Made by a program: the position numbers and the translations under genes. A stretch of DNA of 64,000 bases, from positions 62,001 through 126,000 of the forward strand of contig NIVC01002858.1 in assembly GCA_002269645.1 (NCBI GenBank), read 5' to 3'. The notes beneath the pieces were generated by a model. That model had not been told where the DNA came from and ran no database searches. It saw only the letters and a list, made by a program, of their open reading frames with translations. The stretch is from Macrostomum lignano (lineage: Eukaryota). This document shows positions 1 through 47,239 of the stretch, piece by piece. How positions within the stretch are numbered: position 1 is the first letter of the stretch; each line of letters opens with the position of its first letter.

Positions 1-715
1 AGTTTTATAGTGCATCTATGCGTAAACAAGATGGAATAGACAAACAGTTTTCTCTGCCCTGCATCTCTCAGCTGAATAGCGGACTGAGTAAGCCAGTGGT
101 TAAACGCGTCTCAGAGTGCAGGGGTTCGATTCCGTACGCGGGTTGTCGTGCGATTCACAATTCACAGTTTACCACTGACCTCAGCTACCTCGGCTACAAA
201 CTGTGCACAAGTTGCACTCTAATCAGTCTGGCTAGAGCCTACTGCTAGCCTAGATAGACCAAGCAACAAATGCCTATGAGCTATAGCTAATTGGACAAGA
301 TTCTGTACTGTCAGTTGCTATGGGCGATGGGGCTTCAGCGTACTGTACACTCATTCCCGAAAATTCCCCAGTTTCCGTTCCGAGCTCATCCCCCCCCTTG
401 CGTCGAATCTTGACTAGAGTGTTGAAAGGGTAAGCGACTGGGAAGAGACCCTTTCGAGTCCTGTCCTACGCACTGCCCTAATCCCGTCCACCTCCCTTAT
501 CTCTCATCCTCGAGCCGTCCATCCCACCTCAACTTGGTCCTACGCTCCTACACAGTGAGCAAACTGCAACTTACTTAAGTCTTAGCCCCCCCCCCCTATT
601 CGCATTGCATTGCTGTGCATAGATCTTGCCGCAATCTGCAATAGTCGTGTCTTTATATAGTTCGATCGAAAAAAAGATATTTTATTCTACGATCAATTAT
701 TGATTGAGCTCGAGA

Positions 716-3700
716 ATGTCTACTGGTGAGTCTGTTTTGTTATAAATAGTATTGCATAACATTCTAGTAGATCAGCTGACTGTTCTAGCTGATCAGCTGA
801 CTGTTCTAGTAGATCAGCTGACTGTTCTAGTAGATCAGCTGACTGTTCTAGTAGATCAGCTGACTGTTCTAGTAGATCAGCTGCTGTTCTAGTAGATCAG
901 CTGACTGTTCTAGTAGATCAGCTGACTGTTATAGTAGATCAGCTGACTGTTCTAGTAGATCAGCTGACTGTTATAGTAGATCAGCTGACTGTTCTAGTAG
1001 ATCAGCTGACTGTTCTAGTAGATCAGCTGACTGTTCTAGTAGATCAGCTGACTGTTCTAGTAGATCAGCTGACTGTTATAGTAGATCAGCTGACTGTTCT
1101 AGTAGATCAGCTGACTGTTATAGTAGATCAGCTGACTGTTCTAGTAGATCAGCTGACTGTTATAGTAGATCAGCTGACTGTTCTAGTAGATCAGCTGACT
1201 GTTATAGTAGATCAGCTGACTGTTCTAGCTGATCAGCTGACTGTTCTAGTAGATCAGATTACTGTTCTAGTAGATCAGCTGACTGTTCTAGCGGATCAGC
1301 TGACTGTTATAGTAGATCAGCTGCTGTTCTAGTAGATCAGATTACTGTTCTAGTAGATCAGATTACTGTTCTAGCAGATCAGCTGCTGTTCTAGTAGATC
1401 AGATTACTGTTCTAGTAGATCAGATTACTGTTCTAGTAGATCAAATTACTGTTCTAGTAGATCAGCTGCTGTTCTAGTAGATCAGATTACTGTTCTAGTA
1501 GATCAAATTACTGTTCTAGTAGATCAGCTGACTGTTCTAGTAGATCAGCTGCTGTTCTAGTAGATCAGCTGACTGTTCTAGTAGATCAGCTGGCTGTCCT
1601 AGCAGATCAGCTGCTGTTCTAGTAGATCAGATTACTGTTCTAGTAGATCAGATTACTGTTCTATTGATAGTAGATCAGATTACTGTTCTAGTAGATCAGA
1701 TTACTGTTCTAGTAGATCAGCTGCTGTTCTAGTAGATCAGCTGACTGTTCTAGCAGATCAACTGACTGTTCTAGCAGATCAGATGCTACACAGACCCGGC
1801 AGAGAGCACAATTAAATCCCCAACAAATTGTCTATGAAACGCAAAAACAGGTGGCGAAGACTCAACACTCTGGCAGAAGGTCGGCCCTGTCCAGGAGCTG
1901 GCAACGACCCGTTGCAGACGGCTGTACACCAAGGAGACGGCGAACGATCTGGTGCTGGTGCACTACAAGAACAATTTCTACGCTATGAACGCCTGGTGCC
2001 CTCATCAGAGTTGGTGCATTGCGTACTTTTGTGTTGTGTATTGTGCTATATCCTATGTCACATATCATGTCTCATTCTGCGTCACATATTGAGTCATATG
2101 TGTTACATTTTGAGTCTTATCATGTGTCAAAACCTGTCACATATTAGATCACATGCATCATTTTATGTCACATATTAAGTCACATCCTGTGTCACATATT
2201 GAGTCACATCCTGTGTCACATATTGAGTCATATCCTGTCACATATTGATTCACATCCTGTGTCACATATTGAGTCACATCCTGTGCCACATATTGATTCA
2301 CATCCTGTGTCACATATTGAGTCACATCCTGTGTCACATATTGAGTCCCATCCTGTGTCACATCCTGTGTCACATATTGAGTCACACCCTGTGTCACATA
2401 TTGATTCACATCCTGTGTCACATATTGAGTCACATCCTGTGTCACATATTGATTCACATCCTGTGTCACATATTGAGTCACATCCTGTGTCACATATTGA
2501 TTCACATCCTGTGTCACATATTGAGTCACATCCTGTGTCAAATATTGAGTCACATCCTGTGTCACATATTGATTCACATCCTGTTTCACATATTGATTCA
2601 CATCCTGTTTCACATATTGATTCACATCCTGTGTTACATATTGAGTCACATCGTGTCACATCCTGTGTTACATATTGAGTCACATCCTGTGTCACATATT
2701 GAGTCACATCCTGTGTCACATCCTGTGTTACATATTGAGTCACATCCTGTGTCACATATTGAGTCACATCCTGTGTCACATATTGATTCACATCCTGTGT
2801 CACATATTGAGTCACATCCTGTGTCACATATTGATTCACATCCTGTGTCACATATTGAGTCACACCCTGTGTCAAATATTGATTCACATCCTGTGTCACA
2901 TATTGAGTCACATCCTGTGTCACATATTGATTCACATCCTGTGTCACATATTGAGTCACACCCTGTGTCAAATATTGATTCACATCCTGTGTCACATATT
3001 GATTCACATCCTGTGCCACATATTGATTCACATCCTGTGTCACATATTGATTCACATCCTGTGTCACATATTGAGTCCCATCCTGTGTCACATCCTGTGT
3101 CACATATTGAGTCACACCCTGTGTCACATATTGATTCACATCCTGTGTCACATATTGAGTCACATCCTGTGTCACATATTGATTCACATCCTGTGTCACA
3201 TATTGAGTCACATCCTGTGTCACATATTGATTCACATCCTGTGTCACATATTGAGTCACATCCTGTGTCAAATATTGAGTCACATCCTGTGTCACATATT
3301 GATTCACATCCTGTTTCACATATTGATTCACATCCTGTTTCACATATTGATTCACATCCTGTGTTACATATTGAGTCACATCGTGTCACATCCTGTGTTA
3401 CATATTGAGTCACATCCTGTGTCACATATTGAGTCACATCCTGTGTCACATCCTGTGTTACATATTGAGTCACATCCTGTGTCACATATTGAGTCACATC
3501 CTGTGTCACATATTGATTCACATCCTGTGTCACATATTGAGTCACATCCTGTGTCACATATTGATTCACATCCTGTGTCACATATTGAGTCACACCCTGT
3601 GTCAAATATTGATTCACATCCTGTGTCACATATTGATTCACATCCTGTGTCACATATTGATTCACATCCTGTGTCAAATATTGATTCACATCCTGTGTCA

Positions 3701-5781
3701 CATATTGATTCACATCCTGTGTCACATATTGAGTCACATCCTGTGTCACATATTGATTCACATCCTGTGTCACATATTGAGTCACATCCTGTGTCACATA
3801 TTGAGTCGCATCCTGTGTCACATATTGAGTCACATCCTGTGTCACATATTGATTCACATCCTGTGTCAAATATTGATTCACATCCTGTGTCACATATTGA
3901 TTCACATCCTGTGTCACATATTGATTCACATCCTGTGTCACATATTGAGTCACATCCTGTGTCACATATTGATTCACATCCTGTGTCACATATTGAGTCA
4001 CATTCTGTGTCACAAGATCAGTATAGCAGCATGGAAATTTTTTTCTCCGATTCTAGCTCAAGAGTCACGTGGCGGCGGGTCACTGTAAACTTGCAACGCC
4101 AATATCCTTAATGGAAAAACTTTCTCATGAATAGCAGAAGGGATCAACTCACAGAGTCTTTGGCTTCCCATAAATCTTTAGATCCTACTAGGAGATAAGT
4201 CTTCTTAAACCTAATCCACTCGATCGAAATGCTGTCACACTTTTGCTCGGATAAAATTCCTATTTTTTTACACAGGCGGCCCTCTATTCCACGGAGACAT
4301 CGAAGAGTACAGAGGCAAGTGCTCCATCGTGTGCCCATGGCACGGCTACGCTATCTGCCTGCAAGATGGCTCAACTACTTACGGTCTGCAGGTTAGTAGC
4401 ATGAGTAGTTCACTTTGACAATTTCTAAAACTTTCCTAGATTTCTGATCAACTCCTCCGGCTCTAATCAACTGACAGCCACCTCAGTCCTCCGGCTCTAA
4501 TCAACTGACAGCCACCTCAGTCCTCCAGCTCTTACCAGCTCACAGCCACTAACTCACTCCTCCGGCTTTTATCAGCTGACAGCCACCTCACTCATCCGGC
4601 TTTTATCAGCTGACAGCCACCTCATTCCTCCGGCTTTTATCAACTGACAGCCACCTCACTCCTCCAGCTCTTACCAGCCGACAGCCACTAACTCACTCCT
4701 CCGGCTTTTATCAGCTGACAGCCACCTCACTCATCCGGCTTTTATCAGCTGACAGCCACCTCATTCCTCCGGCTTTTATCAACTGACAGCCACCTCACTC
4801 CTCCAGCTCTTACCAGCCGACAGCCACTAACTCACTCCTCCGGCTTTTATCAGCTGACAGCCACTTCACTCCTCCGGTTCTTATCAGCTGACAGCCACCT
4901 CACTCCTCCGGTTCTTATCAACTGACAGCCACCTCACTCCTCCGGCTCTTATCAGCTGACAGCCACCTCACTCCTCCGGTTCTTATCAACTGACAGCCAC
5001 CTCACTCCTCCGGCTCTTATCAGCTGACAGCCACCTCACTCCTCCGGTTCTTATCAACTGACAGCCACCTCACTCCTCCGGCTCTTATCAGCTGACAGCC
5101 ACCTCACTCCTCCGGTTCTTATCAACTGACAGCCACCTCACTCCTCCGGCTCTTATCAGCTGACAGCCACCTCACTCCTCCGGCTCTTATCAGCTGACAG
5201 CCACCTCACTCCTCCGGTTCTTATCAACTGACAGCCACCTCACTCCTCCGGCTCTTATCAGCTGACAGCCACCTCACTCCTCCGGCTCTTACCAGCTGAC
5301 AGCCACTAGCTCACTCCTCCGGCTCTTACCAGCTGACAGCCACCTCGCTCCTCCGGCTCTTATCAGCTGACAGCCACCTCACTCCTCCGGCTCTTATCAG
5401 CTGACAGCCACCTCACTCCTCCGGCTCTTATCAGCTGACAGCCACCTCACTCCTCCGGCTCTTACCAGCTGACAGCCACCTCACTCCTCCGGCTCTAATC
5501 AAATGACAGCCACCTCACTCCTCCGGCTCTTATCAGCTGACAGCCACCTCACTCCTCCGGCTCTAATCAACTGACAGCCACCTCACTCCTCCGGCTCTTA
5601 TCAGCTGACAGCCACCTCACTCCTCCGGCTTTTATCAGCTGACTTCAAAATCTACCCCAGTTTTTGTTTAACTTCTCTCGAATTTCAGCAAGAAACATTC
5701 GAGTGCAAGGTTGAGGCCGGGCAACTGTTTGTTAAGTGCCCGTTCGAGATTTCACTGAAGCCGGTGCTCAAACAAGGGTGA
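716..5781 (+). CDS. RFESD: Rieske [2Fe-2S] domain protein (RFESD-like), 4 exons, 125 aa
   Basis: Hand-assembled exons 716-725 (ATGTCTACTG|gtgagt), 1851-2009, 4276-4391 and 5689-5781; all GT-AG, phases compatible, 378 nt total. Protein: MSTGGEDSTLWQKVGPVQEL...LVHYKNNFYAMNAWCPHQSGPLFHGDIEEYRGKCSIVCPWHGYAICLQDG...QETFECKVEAGQLFV. It has both Rieske ligand motifs (CxH, CxxH). The 'GPL..GDIE...CIVCPWH' segment resembles RFESD as recalled; no search was run. Confidence 0.85.
776..1790. repeat. 21-bp minisatellite (GATCAGCTGACTGTTCTAGTA), Rieske gene intron 1
   Basis: Tandem units read directly. Confidence 0.95.
2070..4013. repeat. 24-bp minisatellite (CACATATTGAGTCACATCCTGTGT), Rieske gene intron 2
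   Basis: Tandem units; explains the ORFs at 2158-4111. Confidence 0.95.
4450..5642. repeat. 34-bp minisatellite (CAGCTGACAGCCACCTCACTCCTCCGGCTCTTAT), Rieske gene intron 3
   Basis: Period 34 (for example 4922 and 4956). Confidence 0.95.
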
Positions 5782-6152
5782 ACCTGCAGCCTGCAGGTTG
5801 TTAAACTCTTTCTAAAATTATCTAGACTGCCTAGTAGACAATATAAACGATTGATTTCGAAATTTTAAGTGGCAGTTCAGCACCTAGCTTTTAATTGGTC
5901 ATTGTCCGCCAATAGCTACCTGAATTATTTACCTAGAGCGCGTTATAACTTGGCACCGCGCAATGAATCCTGACACAACGCTACTGTTTTTAAGGGACTC
6001 CGATATTGAAAAGGAATTTCTGTGAACTGGCATGCATATGTAGCTATTTGTAATCTAGCATTAAATACACTTTTTATGAGCATAAAAAACATTTTTCTTC
6101 CCCATCTCACTGATGAAAGTCTTCCCCAGAAGAAGATCTTCCCCATTCTGCG

Positions 6153-6530
6153 ATGAAAGTTTTGTTGCTAGGGCTTGCAGGTTTGATGCTTTTGATGCGC
6201 CTCGTCTTGTTGCTAGGGACGCCATGGTTGCTGCTATGCTTTCCAAGTTTGTTGCTAGGGCTTGCAGGTTTGATGCTTTTGATGCGCCTCGTCTTGTTGC
6301 TAGGGACGCCATGGTTGCTGCTATGCTTTCCAAGTTTGTTGCTAGGGCTTGCAGGTTTGATGCTTTTGATGCGCCTCGTCTTGTTGCTAGGGACGCCATG
6401 GTTGCTGCTATGCTTTCCAAGTTTGTTGCTAGGGCTTGCAGGTTTGATGCTTTTGATGCGCCTCGTCTTGTTGCTAGGGACGCCATGGTTGCTGCTATGC
6501 TTTCCAAGTTTGTTGCTAGGGCCTCCAGGT
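6153..6530. repeat. 87-bp tandem repeat, ~4.3 copies
   Basis: 29-aa periodicity in the overlapping ORFs; lies between convergent genes. Confidence 0.95.
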
Positions 6531-6948
6531 CGATTACTTGGGGCTCCAGGCTTTTTGCTAGGGGCATTAAGTTTGTTGCTATGGACATCCGGAAGGACTG
6601 AAAATCGCGCACGTAAAAGTACAAACTTCACAATTTTTAGCCTTCAGAGCCAATAAATCTTAGTCAAGAGGCAAATAATGCATTTTGTATGCTACGCTGA
6701 GCAAGAAAGAATAACTGAAGAGATGGTTGCTAAGCAAGTCAGTTTATAAATATATTTAATAATAAAAAAGTAAGGATGGGTTGGGTTCAAACTTCTGAGG
6801 CTAAGAATAATATTTTTTTTATTACTCGTTGGACGAAACTGAATTTCTTGAGCTAGACAGGAAGGCGACACTAAAAAACCTCATATAGTACTAGTTAGTA
6901 GTAGTCAGTAGTTACACAGTAGTTGGCTTTCTTGGAAATAATTTTTGT

Positions 6949-7416
6949 TCAGCTAGTTTCCAGTGGCGCCAATTTAATTACATAATTGGACAGGTAGCCT
7001 CCGCAGTTCTCCTTGGGATTTCCGGCGCACGGTTTGTCGCATTTCGATGTCGGAATTTCGGCGAAATTGCCGTATTCGTTGGCGCAGTAGCACTGGTCGC
7101 CGTTCTGCAGGCCCATGTAGGTGGTACTGGCCTGGCGGCAGAAGTCCGTGCACAGCACCTGCGTCATGTTGCCGCTCTGGTGCACCAGCTCGTTCATGTC
7201 GCGCTTGTTCGGACTGTCGGCGAAGCAGCCCATGTTCTTTGTCGGCGGGTGACCTTCGTTCTTTTTGGAGCCGACGTTTCTGCCGGCGGCGAACACGCCA
7301 ATGCCCGAAGCTGCCATGGCAACCGCCGGGATGATGAGCGGCAGGCATGCCTCGGCAACCATGGAGGTCATGCTAAGCAGCAAGCTTGCAAAAATTATTA
7401 ATTGAATCGCCTGCAT
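6949..7416 (-). CDS. Secreted single WSC-domain protein, 155 aa, intronless
   Basis: ATG at 7416 gives a hydrophobic signal peptide (MQAIQLIIFASLLLSMTSMVAEA). The C-terminal domain has all 8 WSC cysteines: GCFAD..CTDFC..YMGLQNGDQCYC..CDKPC..CGG. Confidence 0.9.
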   Translation of the reverse strand: MQAIQLIIFASLLLSMTSMVAEACLPLIIPAVAMAASGIGVFAAGRNVGSKKNEGHPPTKNMGCFADSPNKRDMNELVHQSGNMTQVLCTDFCRQASTTYMGLQNGDQCYCANEYGNFAEIPTSKCDKPCAGNPKENCGGYLSNYVIKLAPLETS

Positions 7417-7845
7417 GATGCTTTTCCACTGTGTCAGTTTGCCGAAACTTGGACTCGAGTAGGCAGAAACCACCGAGTAAGCGAGCGAAAGGCAGATCTG
7501 TCTCTTAAGCAGCTGAGGGCCCAGCCCAGCTCCTTAAACCTCTCGAGAATTGCGAATTCGGGTCCTGAGATTTTAGCCATAGACAGTTGGTCTCGGTGTG
7601 CGAGAACAGGGACTTTTGAGTGCCTCTAGCTTAGCATTATTATTTCTTTTAGTACATTCATGTAGCACGGCTCATTACAAAAGCTTGGTTACTTGTAACC
7701 GAAATTTATTTGACTTTGACTAGTGGAGTGACATGTTGAAAAAAAATGAATCACATTTTACCAACTGCATGTAGAATTAGTTAATTGCCGCGGTGCTCTC
7801 TGTGAGAATAACGCAATTATGAATATATGCACAGACAACTGACAA

Positions 7846-8475
<630 letters not shown>

Positions 8476-8819
8476 GCCGTAAAAAGAAATCAACAAGTCT
8501 GATTCAGCAGAAACACTTGCCTTGAAAATCAAAAGGCGCGGCAGCTCGCCTGATCTGGGGTACTCGTATTTATTGAATAAAAGAATGGAGACCATTCCAG
8601 CTCCGATATGTATTTAATTTTGTAGAATCGGAACAAAATTAACCGCTATTTAAACGGTTCTTAGCATCTTCATCATCAAGGAGTAAAAAATCACAACATG
8701 CTTTTAGCACACAGGTGGTCAATGAGTCACAGCTTACTTAGTTACAAAGGCTACAGTTAACTACAGATAAGCATAGAGAAGTTCGCCACAAACTTGATTG
8801 GTCGATTGGTGCATATTTA

Positions 8820-42859
<34,040 letters not shown>

Positions 42860-43418
42860 TCTGTAACAACTTTAAAGTTAAGCTGCTTACAACTTTGCAA
42901 TGCTTCTATTCATGCAATGTTTATAGTGGTTCACACCTTTTCGAACTGAATAAACGAAAATAAAATTGATGAATTGGCAAAAAAAGAAAAAAATAATTAG
43001 TTTAAATACCCTATAATTTTAGCTCATTAAGCAACACAAGATTACAAGAGTGTTACAACAGTACAGCTATAACTAATTTTTTTCACAGTGATTTTTTGAA
43101 TTAATTATTATTATAAATTATTAAAAGACTAATGCTAAATATGAGTCGATCATCAAGATACAGACCTTATCTTTTGTCATATCAATATATTTTTAATATA
43201 TTTTTTACATTGCATTAATAAATGTTGCTTTAAGCTGTGGACTTGCTGTCAGATACGATATAAGTACTCCATCGTAGCACACATTATATTCAATACTTGC
43301 TAGCCTAAGAACTTCACTAAGCATCCTTACCCTATGACTGAGACAGAAAGTCAACATATATCAATATAACAACAATTTTGAATTAACTAATCAAATAAAT
43401 ATCTTTATAAGCTTAATG

Positions 43419-43648
43419 CAGTGACGGCGCAGCACCTCCGATTAGGGGCGGGGGCGGTGGTGGGGTGGTCACTCCCTCCCCCAGCGAATTTTTAGAATTA
43501 GAGCATGCAGCGCATTACGCTAAAATCTCACAAAAACATAACGAGCTAGTACTAAACATTTATGGGGGTCACTCCACGAGGGATGGCGGATGGGAGGGTG
43601 GTCAACCGGGGGGAGCAGCCCCCTCTGCCCCCGCGTGCGCCGCCACTG
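43419..43648. mobile_element. 230-bp hAT-like MITE
   Basis: TIRs CAGTGACGGCGCA / TGCGCCGCCACTG (12/13 match); 8-bp flanks GCTTAATG / GCTTCATG (TSD with 1 mismatch). Confidence 0.8.
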
Positions 43649-44363
43649 GCTTCATGTATTGCTCTGATTCTCAATTTACGCATCCAGATAGAGTAAAAAG
43701 TAAATCCACACAAATTTAAACTTTTTTAGCAGACTGAGCCAACAAAAAAGCGAGTTTTCAAAGGCTGATAAATTAAAATATGCCAAATTTATGATTCTGT
43801 ATGTTTGATGCACCACACGGTTAGAAACCTAAGGCTCATAAAATTTTTGTAGCTTTGATTTATTGGCTAATAAGTTTGCTGCAACTGAATCCTCTTTGAA
43901 GCCATTTATGAATCGACCAAAAAATAATGGTACGAAAATCATAAAGTTAAACAGTGCGCTTTACTCTTTACATAGGAGCAACAAGTAAAACAATGTATGC
44001 TATAACGACGGGTATTTCAGTAAAGAAAACAAATGACTAAAGTTTTTCTTGTACATAATGTTTTTATTTTTAAAATAATTAAGGATTGGGCACTTTTATT
44101 AGTAAAAAAATAGCGTCGGCAAATATATTTGTCTTTGAATATTTCGATTTGGATTGAGATTCCCTGAAAGTTAGTAGTTGAAACTTAAAACTATAACCGT
44201 ACAAAATAGTCATTCACTTAGCTAGACTGTTGAGTATTTCCTCTAGTTTTTGCTTATTTGAGTATTTAATATCATTGTTTACTATTTTACTTCAATAATT
44301 TGACTTTAAAGCCTTTGACTTATCTGTAACTAAATCTGAATTCTTACTAATATTCAGCAGACA

Positions 44364-46760
44364 ATGACACAACAAGGCGCTGCGCTTCAGGGGTATAACA
44401 ACGAGCTTGTTAAATGTAAGTGATACTAGACTGAACTTTAATAAGACCATACTGTGTGTTTGGTCGTATTTTGTGAGTTGAGATATAGTCATTAGCAAAA
44501 TAGTAATATATGCATCATGCATGTATGGTTTACATAAAAGTATAATATTTAATATGCAGTATTCAGTAAGAATCTATTCCATAATTTTTGTTACCTTTTT
44601 TATCCCTGGCTGTTTCTATTATTCTGTATTAGACATTTGATATATGCACAAAGTCATTTTAGTAACATGCTTTCACTGCAGTGGTGTAACTAGTTACTAG
44701 TGGTGGGAGTTAGTTGCCCCCTTAAGGCCTTAGCCAAAAGCCTGAAAAATCACAGGGGTGATCAAGCACATCTTTACCAAAATACAGAGCCATCACCTAG
44801 CTGCACCACTGCTTCACTAAGCAAGCAGTTTAAAAATTGTAGGCCCACTTAAGGGATAAGCACACAAAACACATATGCTGCTTCATGACAATATAGATTC
44901 TCATATAGCTAGAAATTTAATAGGGCTATTGGAGAACTATAGCTGAGAAATATTGCTATACCTAGTGTGACGGTGTCAAATTCATTCAAATACTTTATGA
45001 ATTATTCGAGCATAACATTTGTGATTTTTTAATTTAATATTGATTAATTAACCTGATATATTCAAATCTAATGTAATCAATACTTAAGTTTGTTTTAATT
45101 ATATCTCAAAATGAATTATTTTAAAGTGTATTAATTGTGTCTATTTTTGGCTGCATTTTCCTGTGTATGCTCTAGCATGGTCTTTTGACCAATCAAACTC
45201 AATCTATTATATGCTAGACTGAAGGCCCTTCATTATATATTGCAGTTGACTATTATAGAACTACTGCCCCTTTGGATTGTAAACCGGCTGTCAATTTAAT
45301 AAAAATAAACTATACATTTTCAGCTAAAACTTAAATAAAACATACTTTATGACTACTGCTTGCTCTGTCACATTTAATAGAGGTCCTATATTCTTCTGAT
45401 ACTATTATAAGTCCCTGCAACTTTTATCTTTTCCCTAAGTTAAAAAATCTAAATGTAAGCCATTGCTGTTACTGCATGAATGAGCTTTTCAGCACAATTA
45501 TTCAAGTGTTGTTCAACAGCTGTGTGATTCTAGAACTACTATAAGGTTACTGAATGGACTTTTGGGTTGCCCCTCATAGTATATTGTAATATACCTTTAG
45601 TATATATTTCATCTTTGACTATCTAGATCCTGTTTCTTATTTATATTTTTCAGCATTGTCTTTAATATCTATATCTTCATTATTCCCTTTCTAATTAACA
45701 AACTCATTGAACTAGAATGAGCTAGATTTGCAAAAATTAGTCAACTTCATGCAGGTAGATGAGGTCCAACACAAACACAGTTGCTCATATATAAGTTTTG
45801 CTCCTTATTTATAGTTAATTCTTGTATGTATTTAAAAAATAAAATTATAAAGAAATGATTAAAAAGCAATTCTTATTTTCCAAGTTCAAATTTCAAAATT
45901 AATGATGTTTATAAAAAAATATTGAAATATTTCTACACAAATACTATTTCATTTAACCATTCAAAAGTGTCAAAAGCTATTTAAAAAAACAAATTTTTTA
46001 TATATTTTTTATTGAAGAATGTCAATCAACTGAAAGTCTTATTATTGCAAATTAAAAATTTTAAAGAAATATAGACATGTTCATATCATATTTATTTATT
46101 CTATTAGTTTTAAATTTTAATTAAGCTTCTAATCTTTGATATATATAGTGTATACCAATAGAATTTCTTTTCTATAAAATAACTACAAAGGTTAATTAGA
46201 TCTAGTCAAATCTCAAAAAATGTTTACTGTGGTAAATTTTTTCAGTTTAGATGCCATTTTAAACAACACAAGAAGCTAAGAGCTTTAGTCGAAAGTCATT
46301 ATGTCCCAATATATTTTATAGTAATCATAGATGATATACTTGCGAATACTTGTTCATATTAAGGCATTTATTTGTTATTATACCTAGAAAGTTCTTGGAC
46401 TGTTGTCAAGTGATTTAACAATAATTTATTGAACCCATCTCAGGCATTGAGGAACTGTGCTCCAGACGGGACCTGCTACAAAAAGAGATTGACAAGGAGG
46501 AGGCCGAGAAGACAAAACTTCAGCGCGATCTCAAATTGTTGAGCGACGAGTTGGCCAAAGTGAACGAAAGCCTGAGCAAGAAACTCGCCCACAGGGCTCA
46601 ATACGATCGGACCATAGCTGAGACTGAGGCTGCCTACAGTAAGATTCTGGAGAGCTCGCAGACTCTGCTCACCCTGGTGAAACGGGAGGGCCAGGCACTC
46701 GGGCCCACCGCGGCTGCTGGCGGTGCTGCTGGCGGCAACAGCCGAGCCAATCGGGACTGA
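44364..46760 (+). CDS. SSNA1: SSNA1/NA14/DIP13 centriolar-ciliary coiled-coil protein, 2 exons, 122 aa
   Basis: Exon 44364-44415 ([18 protein letters not shown]|gtaagt) plus exon 46444-46760 ((C)IEELCSRRD...[23 protein letters not shown]), 369 nt. Near-identical to the conserved SSNA1 motifs. Confidence 0.97.
44679..44811. mobile_element. 133-bp hAT-like MITE in the SSNA1 intron
   Basis: TIRs CAGTGGTGTAACTAG / CTAGCTGCACCACTG (13/15 match); flanks TTTCACTG / CTTCACTA (6/8 match). Confidence 0.65.
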
Positions 46761-47239
46761 CTTCGCAAAAAAATTTAACAATTTTTCCTGACAGCGATAG
46801 GAATTTCAACCTGACTGCTTGTTGCTAACTACTGTTAGTAGCCTGATTTGAAAATAATAATTTTATTTTACTATAAATGATTCGCTTCATTTTTATGCGT
46901 AAGTTTTTATCTGACGGGGCTGTCTTTATTATTGGACATAAAATGAAATTTAACTTTGAAATGTCTGGCTTATAATCACTCTGCTTGTGTGCCCGTTTTC
47001 TACTTTCAGTAGGTAAATCCGCTCAGTGATGAATTAGCTTCGAAAATTTAATAATTAAAATAAACCATAAATTACGTTAAATGAAATTTTTTTATTCAAC
47101 TAAAGTATGTGTTACTCTGTGTAGTTTTCTGGCTGTAATTTATAATTACATGTTGATTTGAAATTTTTACTGACAGCCCAGCTTAGCTCTGTATAGCTCT
47201 CCAGTGTCTTAGGAATAGTGCAGAGCCTTCAGCAGTAGA

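Noticed and set aside
80-140. tRNA-like A/B boxes (GGTTCGATTCC)
   Set aside because: Box spacing is short and no cloverleaf can be built; possibly a SINE remnant, too weak to call.
2158-4111. Long ORFs of 160-480 aa
   Set aside because: They are translations of the 24-bp array in several frames on both strands, inside an intron of the Rieske gene.
42860-44360. RFX X-box in the shared promoter of the ciliary genes
   Set aside because: No convincing match was found by eye; a PWM scan is needed.
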